Positions 1 to 7,051 of a stretch of 32,139 nucleotides of DNA are shown here, in pieces. This stretch comes from Candidatus Tenebribacter mawsonii (GTDB lineage: Bacteria > Cloacimonadota > Cloacimonadia > Cloacimonadales > TCS61): assembly GCA_030765665.1 (NCBI GenBank), contig JAVCCD010000120.1, positions 1 through 32,139 on the forward strand, read 5' to 3'. The notes under the pieces were generated by a model. It was not told where the DNA came from, made no database searches, and saw only the letters and a list, made by a program, of their open reading frames with translations. The stretch's first letter is position 1; each line of letters opens with the position of its first letter. The position numbers were made by a program, and so were the translations under genes.

Positions 1-374
1 ATCTGATTGAGAAGAATGAAATTAGATATGAGGAATATAATATTTCTGCTGATAATGATGTAGTTGTTGTAGCATTTGGTACAGCAGCAAGAATTGCAAA
101 ATCGGCAATTGATGAATTGCAGGAAAGTGGTAAAAGTGTGGGAATGATTAGACCTATAACCGTATGGCCATATCCATATGAAGCAATTAAAAATGTTCTA
201 CACGACAAAGTTAAAAAAGTTGTCGTATGTGAATTAAATCTGGGTCAGATGGTTGAGGATGTAAGATTAGCAGTGAATGGAAAATTACCGGTAGAATTTT
301 TAGGTAAAGTTGGTGGTATTTTATTTACACCAGATGAAATAAAAGCAAAGATTTTAGATGGCGAGGGGGAATAA
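1..374 (+). CDS. 2-oxoacid:ferredoxin oxidoreductase, alpha subunit (C-terminal fragment; 5' end lies outside the window)
   Basis: The frame starting at base 3 is open from the window edge (..DNDVVVVAFGTAARIAKSAIDELQESGKSVGMIRPITVWPYP..), resembling the C-terminal domain of KorA/OorA/PorA-type alpha subunits. TAATG stop/start overlap with the next gene at 372-376. Confidence 0.85.
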   Translation, partial: LIEKNEIRYEEYNISADNDVVVVAFGTAARIAKSAIDELQESGKSVGMIRPITVWPYPYEAIKNVLHDKVKKVVVCELNLGQMVEDVRLAVNGKLPVEFLGKVGGILFTPDEIKAKILDGEGE

Positions 375-1126
375 TGGAAATTATTGCACAAAGACCAAAA
401 TCATTAACGGATATACAATTTACATACTGTCCTGGTTGTACACACGGTATTTCCCACAGACTTATTGCTGAAGCGCTAGATGAATTAGATATGAGAAATC
501 AAACAATGGGTGTTGCACCTGTTGGATGCTCAGTATTTGCTTATAAATTTTTCGATTGTGATATGGCAGAAGCTGCTCATGGTAGAGCTCCAGCTGTAGC
601 AACAGGGATGAAACGAGCCCGACCTGATATGCATGTTTTCACTTATCAAGGTGATGGTGATTTGGCAGCTATTGGAACTGCAGAAATAGTTCATGCGGCG
701 AATAGAGGAGAACATATTACCGTTTTCTTCGTAAATAATGCTATTTATGGTATGACAGGTGGACAAATGGCTCCGACAACACTTCCTGGTATGAAAACTT
801 CCACATCACCATACGGTAGGGATGAAAAAGATATTGGATACCCAATACAAGCATGTGAATTGATAAATTCATTGAGAGCACCATATTTTATTGAGAGGGT
901 TTCCTTGCTTTCACCACAAGATATTCTTAAAGCAAAAAAAGTTGTGAAAAAAGCACTTCAATTTAATAAAGAGGAGAGAGGATTTACCTTTGTAGAGTTT
1001 GTTTCTACTTGTCCTACAAACTGGGGCATGGCTCCTGTAGAAGCTTTAGCATGGGCTAAAGAAAATATGCTGCCTTTCTTCCCGATTGGAAATTTACGAG
1101 ATCGATCACAAGTAGGAGGAGAATAA
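374..1126 (+). CDS. 2-oxoacid:ferredoxin oxidoreductase, beta (TPP-binding) subunit
   Basis: N-terminal CPGCTHG and a TPP-binding YQGDGD...NNAIYGMTGGQ segment typical of KorB/OorB/PorB. TAATG overlaps with both flanking genes. Substrate (2-oxoglutarate or another 2-oxoacid) cannot be decided by eye. Confidence 0.92.
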   Translation: MEIIAQRPKSLTDIQFTYCPGCTHGISHRLIAEALDELDMRNQTMGVAPVGCSVFAYKFFDCDMAEAAHGRAPAVATGMKRARPDMHVFTYQGDGDLAAIGTAEIVHAANRGEHITVFFVNNAIYGMTGGQMAPTTLPGMKTSTSPYGRDEKDIGYPIQACELINSLRAPYFIERVSLLSPQDILKAKKVVKKALQFNKEERGFTFVEFVSTCPTNWGMAPVEALAWAKENMLPFFPIGNLRDRSQVGGE

Positions 1127-1668
1127 TGAAAACTGAAATTATTAGCTCCGGATTTGGTGGTCAAGGTGCTTTAACTATTGGTAAATTCTTAGCAAAAGCT
1201 GGGATGGGTGAAGGGCTTAATGTTTCATGGCTTCCCTCTTATGGACCAGAGATGCGTGGTGGAACAGCAAATGTTTCTACAGTGATCTCAGATAGACCGA
1301 TTGCGTCACCACTAGTAACTTATCCCGATATCCTTGTTGCACTTAATCAACCTTCAATAGATAAGTTTGGACCGAACATCAGGAAAGGTGGACTTCTTAT
1401 TTCTAATTCCGATATGTGTCCTCATGGAATAAAGCGTGATGATATTACTGTTATTGAAGCACCGATGAATCAAATAGCTAAAGAAATTGGAAGCATGATG
1501 GTTCTGAATATGGTTGCTATCGGGATTGTAATTGGGAAAACCGAAATTGTAAAATATGAGACTCTGGAAGCAGATCTCTCAGGATTCCTTAAGAAAAAGA
1601 ACCCTGCTCTTTTAGAGGCAAACCTTAAAGCAATTAAAAAGGGAATTGAAATTGGTAGCAAATCGTAG
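1126..1668 (+). CDS. 2-oxoacid:ferredoxin oxidoreductase, gamma subunit
   Basis: SGFGGQG ... LPSYGPEMRGGTA motifs typical of gamma subunits. The alpha-beta-gamma order matches Oor/Kor-type operons. Confidence 0.9.
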   Translation: MKTEIISSGFGGQGALTIGKFLAKAGMGEGLNVSWLPSYGPEMRGGTANVSTVISDRPIASPLVTYPDILVALNQPSIDKFGPNIRKGGLLISNSDMCPHGIKRDDITVIEAPMNQIAKEIGSMMVLNMVAIGIVIGKTEIVKYETLEADLSGFLKKKNPALLEANLKAIKKGIEIGSKS

Positions 1669-1709
1669 TAACTAATTCTTAGAATTAAAAAGTATTATTT
1701 AAATTAATG

Positions 1710-1733
1710 CCCGGCAGAAATGTCGGGTTTTTA
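1710..1733 (+). terminator. Rho-independent terminator of the oxidoreductase operon
   Basis: CCCGGCA-GAAA-TGTCGGG stem (7 bp, one G:U) followed by TTTTT, 42 nt after the gamma subunit stop. Confidence 0.7.
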
Positions 1734-1752
1734 TTGATATATTAAAATTAAA

Positions 1753-1758
1753 TTGACA
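1753..1758 (+). promoter_or_regulatory. -35-like TTGACA hexamer upstream of the lipoprotein cassette
   Basis: Perfect TTGACA 51 nt upstream of the ATG at 1809. No canonical TATAAT at 17+/-1 nt (that position reads AGTTCT); TAAAAC lies at 22-nt spacing. Confidence 0.3.
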
Positions 1759-1808
1759 TTTATTATATATATTCAAGTTCTAAAACATTAAGATTATAAG
1801 GGGGAAAC

Positions 1809-2420
1809 ATGAAAATAAGTAAATTGGCAATTATTGGATTATTCGTAATAATATTTATGCTTGCTGGTTGTGCATCTACAACCCGCACAGTAGAAAGAGT
1901 TTCTGCAGAGGAAGTCTCAGATCAAAGCGGTAATTGGAATGATACAGATTCACGTTTGGTTGCAGAGCAAATGATAAAAGATCTTATGTACAGACCGTGG
2001 TTGCAGGATTTTGCTCTTGAAGAGGATAGAAAACCTGTTGTGGTTGTTGGAACTATCCGAAACTTCAGCTCAGAACATATTCAAGCAGATATTTTTATCA
2101 AAGATATAGAAAGAGAACTTATTAATAGTGGAAAAGTTAAATTTGTTGCGGGTGTAAAAGAGAGAGATGATATTCGACAAGAAAGAATGGAACAACAATC
2201 TTATGCAAGTGACGAAACAGCAAAAAGATTAGCTGCTGAGTCTGGTGCAGATTTTATGCTACAGGGTGGGATAAAATCTAATACAGATGCAAGTGGTGGA
2301 AAAGCTGTAAAATTTTATCAAGTCGACCTTGAGCTTATCAATGTAGAATCAAATGAAAAGGTTTGGATTGGATCTAAAGAGATTAAGAAGTACGTGAAAA
2401 AGAACAAAGTTAAGTGGTAA
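1809..2420 (+). CDS. LpoB-like (COG3417-type) lipoprotein
   Basis: Lipobox LAGC at residues 18-21 and SD GGGGGA 5 nt upstream. C-terminal ..AAESGADFMLQGGIKS..KFYQVDLELINVESNEKVW resembles the LpoB/FlgO/TolB_N-like fold signature (GAD-x-hL-x-G ... L-x-L-hh-x-x-x-T/S-x-E-x-hW). Confidence 0.7.
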   Translation: MKISKLAIIGLFVIIFMLAGCASTTRTVERVSAEEVSDQSGNWNDTDSRLVAEQMIKDLMYRPWLQDFALEEDRKPVVVVGTIRNFSSEHIQADIFIKDIERELINSGKVKFVAGVKERDDIRQERMEQQSYASDETAKRLAAESGADFMLQGGIKSNTDASGGKAVKFYQVDLELINVESNEKVWIGSKEIKKYVKKNKVKW

Positions 2421-2427
2421 ATTCAGA

Positions 2428-3822
2428 ATGAATTATACCTTCAAAGTGCTTCTGATACTTGTACTTACTATTACGCTAGGTTGTGCAAGTACAAAAAGCT
2501 CTAAATCACAATTTGTGGGGATCAATGAAAAACTTGTTTCACACGATTACCAAGGTGCGCTTAAACAGATAGAAGCTGCTAAAGAAAAATCTTATAAAAA
2601 AAAAGAAAAAGCACTCTATTATGTAGATGTTGGAATGCTTTATCACTACAATGGCAATTTTGAACAGAGTAATACATTACTTTCCAAAGCAGAAAATGCT
2701 TTTGATGAACTTTATACAAAGAGTATAGGTCGCGGAGCAGCTTCAATGCTTTTGAATGATAACGTTCTTGAATATTCAGGTGAGGATTATGAGGATGTTT
2801 ATCTCAATGTGTTCAAAGCACTTAACTATGTTGAATTAGATAAATTTGATGATGCCTTTGTTGAAATTAGAAAGATAAATGAAAAACTATCTTTGCTGGA
2901 ACAAAAGCATAAAAAGATGGCAAAACAATACAATTCATCTAAAGATAAAAAGAAGAACTTTGAAACCGGTAAAAATAAGTTTCATAATTCTGCTCTGGGA
3001 AGATACTTGAGTATGCTGCTCTACAGAGCGGAAGGGAAGATGGATGATGCTAGAATTGATAAAGAAAAAATCGATGAAGCCTGGCAATTGCAATCTCATA
3101 TTTATAACTTCAGTAAACCCTCTTTAAATAACTATCTTACTAGAACTAACAAGGCGAAGATCAATGTGATATCCTTTACCGGGCGAGCTCCTGATAAAAA
3201 GGCAAACACACTTTATATTCATACTGAAAAGGATCTTGTAATAATAGGAACTACAAAAGAAAACCCACGGGGAAAACAAAATTTAGAAACTTTAGACCTT
3301 ATTAACTGGAAAGATATAAAAAAAGGTTATCACTTTAAATTCCAACTACCCCATTTGAAAACTAGAAAATCTAATATTGGCAGGATAGAAGTTCTTATTG
3401 ATGGCATTACTGCTACAGATCTTCAACAAATAGAAGATATTGAGAAAGTTGCCTTAGAAACCTTTAAAATTAAGGAACCTCTTATTTACTTAAAAACAAT
3501 TACCAGAACCATATTGAAGGGATTGTTTGCAGCAAAACGTAAACAGGAAATGGAAAAGAAAATAAATAATGATTTATTAGGATTTGTTGCCAGATTAGCA
3601 ACAGATGCAATTGTAGATGCTACAGAAAATGCTGATCTCAGGATCTCAAGATTCTTTCCGGCAAAAACATCTGTTACAGAAATAGAAGTAACACCAGGAA
3701 TGCATAATATAAAAGTTAAGTATTATTCACACAATGGTACTGTACTTTTTGTTGATGACATTGGAGATCAGAATATCTCAAAATCTGAATTAAATCTGTT
3801 TGAATCATTTTACTTAAATTAA
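2428..3822 (+). CDS. Lipoprotein of unknown function (COG3014-like, helical/TPR-like N-terminal half)
   Basis: Lipobox LGC at residues 17-19. LNDNVLEYSGEDYEDVYLNVFKALNYVELDKFDDAFVEIRK resembles the conserved core of COG3014 proteins as I recall it. Starts 7 nt after the previous stop. Confidence 0.6.
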   Translation: MNYTFKVLLILVLTITLGCASTKSSKSQFVGINEKLVSHDYQGALKQIEAAKEKSYKKKEKALYYVDVGMLYHYNGNFEQSNTLLSKAENAFDELYTKSIGRGAASMLLNDNVLEYSGEDYEDVYLNVFKALNYVELDKFDDAFVEIRKINEKLSLLEQKHKKMAKQYNSSKDKKKNFETGKNKFHNSALGRYLSMLLYRAEGKMDDARIDKEKIDEAWQLQSHIYNFSKPSLNNYLTRTNKAKINVISFTGRAPDKKANTLYIHTEKDLVIIGTTKENPRGKQNLETLDLINWKDIKKGYHFKFQLPHLKTRKSNIGRIEVLIDGITATDLQQIEDIEKVALETFKIKEPLIYLKTITRTILKGLFAAKRKQEMEKKINNDLLGFVARLATDAIVDATENADLRISRFFPAKTSVTEIEVTPGMHNIKVKYYSHNGTVLFVDDIGDQNISKSELNLFESFYLN

Positions 3823-3898
3823 TTGTTATTGAAAGCAATTTAACAATGATAATAAGGTTAAATATAAACCCTTAATTTAAATAATAAGAGGAGAAATT

Positions 3899-4921
3899 AT
3901 GAAAAAAACAATTTTACTGTCAATTATACTAATTCTTATACTTTCGTGTGCTGCTCATGCCAAGAAAAGGAAAAATTCAAAACCTGAATGGTTGAAAAAT
4001 CCAAAGTCAGTGTATTCTGAACAAATGTATCTAAAAGCAATTGGAGAGGGAGATTCTCGCAGTGATGCTGAAAATATGGCAGCAGGGAATCTTTCAAAGA
4101 TCTTTGAATCTAAGGTTAAAGCAGAAGAGACTGTTAATCAGCGCTATATGGAACTCATAAAAAATGATAAAACAGATATAGAAGAGCAAACCGATATAAT
4201 TAAAAATGTAAATATCCAATCTCAGCAAACACTTTTCAATATTCAATTTGGAGAGAGTTATACAGATGATATGGGTAGAGTACATACAATTGCATTTTTA
4301 AATAGAATGAAAACAGCCGAGATCTATGAGAGTAAAATTAATAAAAATGCTGCCCGGATTTCATATTTTAATAAAATTGCCAATGAGTCTTATGACCAAT
4401 TATTAAGTTATGCTTCATTGAGCGCTGCATCTGCTGTGAGTTCTCATAACGAACTTCTTCTTGCTCAACTCACTATCATTTTCCCTTCTGCTATTGATAT
4501 GCTTGAAATTAACTATAATCATAATGAGATTGTAAAAAATGCGAATGCAGCAGCAGCTGAAATTTCATGTAGTATCGAAATTAAAAATGATGAAGATAAT
4601 AAGATAACAATTTTATTAGAAGAACTAATCAATGATATGGGATTTGTGATCTCTGCAGAAAATATCTTAAAAATTGATGGAGAAATATTATTGGAGAAAA
4701 CTGATCTGAATCGTGATATGGAATTTGTTCGTTATGAATTGCAAATAAATGTTACAGATAATAATGATAATATTATTGTTTCAATGTCTGAAAAAGGCAG
4801 AGAAGGACACGTTTCCGCTTCAGAAGCAAGAGCACGTGCTATTCGTACTTTGAGCAAAAAGATAAATAGGCAGCTTAAGAAGAAACTTATCGCATATCTT
4901 GATGGGATGGTTTTAGGATAA
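3899..4921 (+). CDS. LPP20-family lipoprotein with an extra C-terminal domain
   Basis: Signal peptide with LSC lipobox and strong SD AGAGGAG. KPEWLKNPKS..YLKAIGEGDSRSDAENMAAGNLSKIFESKV matches the P-x-W...G-x-G...A-x-x-x-A pattern of LPP20-domain proteins. Confidence 0.7.
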   Translation: MKKTILLSIILILILSCAAHAKKRKNSKPEWLKNPKSVYSEQMYLKAIGEGDSRSDAENMAAGNLSKIFESKVKAEETVNQRYMELIKNDKTDIEEQTDIIKNVNIQSQQTLFNIQFGESYTDDMGRVHTIAFLNRMKTAEIYESKINKNAARISYFNKIANESYDQLLSYASLSAASAVSSHNELLLAQLTIIFPSAIDMLEINYNHNEIVKNANAAAAEISCSIEIKNDEDNKITILLEELINDMGFVISAENILKIDGEILLEKTDLNRDMEFVRYELQINVTDNNDNIIVSMSEKGREGHVSASEARARAIRTLSKKINRQLKKKLIAYLDGMVLG

Positions 4922-4955
4922 CCCTCAATAATCCCAATGAAGATAAACCCTTCTG

Positions 4956-4978
4956 ATTGATAAGTTGAACTTATCAAT
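4956..4978. repeat. Hairpin H1: perfect 10-bp inverted repeat (ATTGATAAGT-tga-ACTTATCAAT)
   Basis: Base-paired by hand. Lies 35 nt after the LPP20 gene stop and has no clean T-tract, so it is at best a weak terminator. Confidence 0.8.
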
Positions 4979-4990
4979 TCAATTGTGTTC

Positions 4991-5005
4991 GCAAGTTCAA
5001 CTTGC
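4991..5005. repeat. Hairpin H2: 6-bp inverted repeat (GCAAGT-tca-ACTTGC)
   Basis: The 11-nt core AAGTTCAACTT (4993-5003) is the exact reverse complement of the H1 core AAGTTGAACTT (4962-4972). Confidence 0.75.
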
Positions 5006-5044
5006 AAACAAGATAAAAATATGCAATGACATTATACTGATGCA

Positions 5045-5067
5045 GGTTCAATCTTGTAGATTGAACC
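5045..5067. repeat. Hairpin H3: perfect 10-bp inverted repeat (GGTTCAATCT-tgt-AGATTGAACC)
   Basis: Base-paired by hand. Both arms carry the same GTTCAA/TTGAAC hexamer found in H1 and H2. Confidence 0.8.
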
Positions 5068-5139
5068 ATAAAGTTTTGTACGCATCAAAATGATACGTCC
5101 TGCTTCAAGAATAAGTTCTGTATGAGATAAGGAGTCACC

Positions 5140-5226
5140 GTGAAATATATAAAGAAGATAATATTTTTCATCTCTCTATTCGTACTTTATATAATCGTTA
5201 AAGAATTTTTGCAACTTTATGTGTAA
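5140..5226 (+). CDS. Candidate 28-aa hydrophobic peptide, or the decayed 5' end of a former gene
   Basis: GTG start 5 nt after a perfect AAGGAG (5129-5134). Product VKYIKKIIFFISLFVLYIIVKEFLQLYV has one predicted TM helix. After the TAA at 5224-5226 the same frame stays open for 41 more codons (to TAG at 5350-5352), which suggests a relic. Confidence 0.2.
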   Translation: MKYIKKIIFFISLFVLYIIVKEFLQLYV

Positions 5227-5414
5227 TTTGAGTTTTATTCTAAGTTGCGTACAATAATCCTTAGCTGTGAAAAGGGGAGAATAGGAATAAATTTTTTGCA
5301 TGATTATGATTTGTCATTGCTCTTTGATATACAAACTGTAATGCTTGGCTAGCGTAATATAGCTGTTTTGAGAGCAAGTTGGAGAAAATAGAATCAGTGC
5401 AAGTCTGTAGTGAA

Positions 5415-6257
5415 TTATCTTTTTAATATCCTCAAGAATACATCATCCATATTTTGCAGTAATTCCGGATCTATACGTCTGGAGTTCCAGCCAACTCCCC
5501 AGTGTAGATGATTTCCGGTTGAACGTCCGGTTGAACCTACCTCACCGATCTTTTCGCCAGTAAGGATATAATCTCCCACTTCAACATTTATGGAACTCAT
5601 ATGTATGTAAATGGAACTGAATCCGCTACCGTGATCTAAGAGGACAAATTTTCCATTATAAAAAAAAATTCCTGTTATAGCTACAACACTTGTTGTCATT
5701 GCATAAATATTTGTTCCTTCAGGCGCGGCAATGTCAAATCCGTTATGTGGTTTTTTTGGAACTCCATTTAGAATACGCTGACTACCGAAAACTCCTGTGA
5801 TCTTACCATTAGTAATTGGACTACAAAAATCATCAAAATAGATGTACTTATTTTCAAGGATTTTTTTCCGTCTTTTTGTTAAAGTTTCATATTCATTAGA
5901 AATTCTTTGAGTTAGAATTGAATCCTGAGGTTCTTCAATAAATTTTTTGTTAATCCGATCTATCCTTTGAATTTTATAATTACGTTTTGCAATATAGAAA
6001 TTGGAAGAATACATCTTACCATCATTTAACGCGATTGTTATTATATGTTTAAGCTTTTCATCACGATCAAAACCCAATATTGCTTTATTTTCAAAAATTA
6101 GAATTTCTTTGTGATCAAGAAATAATTTTTCAACAGAATCATTAGTGTCACAGATTAATACTCCACCTTGAATTGGATTACCACGTAGAGTTATGAGTTC
6201 TTTTGAAGTTAACTGAATAGATATAAGTAAAATTAAAGTGAATAGAAATAATTTCAT
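5415..6257 (-). CDS. M23-family metallopeptidase (peptidoglycan endopeptidase type), secreted
   Basis: H-x-x-x-D (HNGFDIAAPEGT) and H-x-H (GNHLHWGV) zinc motifs with an N-terminal signal sequence. ATG at 6257 is preferred. The track start at 6275 is a TTG that would overlap batE by 11 nt. Confidence 0.9.
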   Translation of the reverse strand: MKLFLFTLILLISIQLTSKELITLRGNPIQGGVLICDTNDSVEKLFLDHKEILIFENKAILGFDRDEKLKHIITIALNDGKMYSSNFYIAKRNYKIQRIDRINKKFIEEPQDSILTQRISNEYETLTKRRKKILENKYIYFDDFCSPITNGKITGVFGSQRILNGVPKKPHNGFDIAAPEGTNIYAMTTSVVAITGIFFYNGKFVLLDHGSGFSSIYIHMSSINVEVGDYILTGEKIGEVGSTGRSTGNHLHWGVGWNSRRIDPELLQNMDDVFLRILKR

Positions 6258-6264
6258 TTTTTTA

Positions 6265-7029
6265 TTAGAATTCAACTACGACAAATGTATCCTTATTGAT
6301 CCAACCACCTAAACCATTCTCTAACTTGATCAAACACCAATTCGCTTCTTCTTTTTCAATGATGACTATCATCCCTTCATGAATTGTGAAAACGCGAGTG
6401 AAATCTTCACCAGGTCCGCTATAACCGATAGCTGAAGTGCTAAGTAGAACTCCCTCTTCGTTATTATGGAATTCCTGCCATTTAAAAGTACTGATGATGG
6501 AAAATGCTGAAAATAGAAAAATGGAAATTGTTATCATAAATATGGGAACTGTTTTTTCACGATTTTTATAATGTACTATCATAAGACAAATTAGCATAAC
6601 AATGATTATGAACATAAGAAGAGTGATGATAGCCAAAAGATTTATTGAAAATGAATCAAATGCTTTTAGCCAGAATGATCTTATTACACTTGTACTGCCG
6701 GAATCTTGTTTATCTTTTGTGAATGTGAGAGTATATTCAAGATTTCTTCTAGCTGCCTGATGATTGGATCTAACCTTTAGAGCTTTTTTGAAGTAGAGTA
6801 TAGACCTGCCAATTTCATTTATTCTAAAATAACAGTTTCCAATATTGTAGTAGAGATCAGCATTTATTATCCCTTCATTTTCTAATAGACTAAATTTTTC
6901 TAAGGCAGTTTGATAATCTTTATCGTTAAATGAATTGATCGCATCTTGGTATATTGCATCAATCTGGTTAACAGCAAAAGTGCTGAACGAAAATATCAAA
7001 AATAGAAGTATTGGTATTAATTTTTTCAT
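6265..7029 (-). CDS. batE: BatE-like protein (TPR repeats, TM segments, C-terminal SH3b domain)
   Basis: N-terminal signal, TPR-like region (DKDYQTALEKF..YYNIGNCYF..YFKKAL), two to three TM helices, and a C-terminal SH3-like WCLIKLENGLGGWINKDTF. Position and size match BatE of Bat operons. Confidence 0.8.
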   Translation of the reverse strand: MKKLIPILLFLIFSFSTFAVNQIDAIYQDAINSFNDKDYQTALEKFSLLENEGIINADLYYNIGNCYFRINEIGRSILYFKKALKVRSNHQAARRNLEYTLTFTKDKQDSGSTSVIRSFWLKAFDSFSINLLAIITLLMFIIIVMLICLMIVHYKNREKTVPIFMITISIFLFSAFSIISTFKWQEFHNNEEGVLLSTSAIGYSGPGEDFTRVFTIHEGMIVIIEKEEANWCLIKLENGLGGWINKDTFVVVEF

Positions 7030-7051
7030 AATTATAATTTAACTCGCTTAA

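Noticed and set aside
3823-3898. AT-rich imperfect inverted repeat (ATTGTTATTGAAAGCAATTTAACAAT) between the second and third lipoprotein genes, as a possible internal terminator.
   Set aside because: The stem is almost all A:T with a bulge and has no T-tract. It is too weak to call from sequence alone.
4732-5007. 91-aa minus-strand ORF spanning the 3' end of the LPP20 gene and hairpins H1/H2.
   Set aside because: Two-thirds of it is antisense to a well-supported gene. It has no SD and no recognisable motif, and its start lies inside the palindrome array.
5042-5067. GCAGGTTCAATC resembles a tRNA T-arm/T-loop (GGTTCRAnYC), raising the idea of a tRNA or a tRNA-fragment att site.
   Set aside because: The 3' side does not pair as a 5-bp T-stem with a 7-nt loop, and no acceptor, D or anticodon arm can be built from the flanks. 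The segment is instead a perfect 10-bp hairpin.
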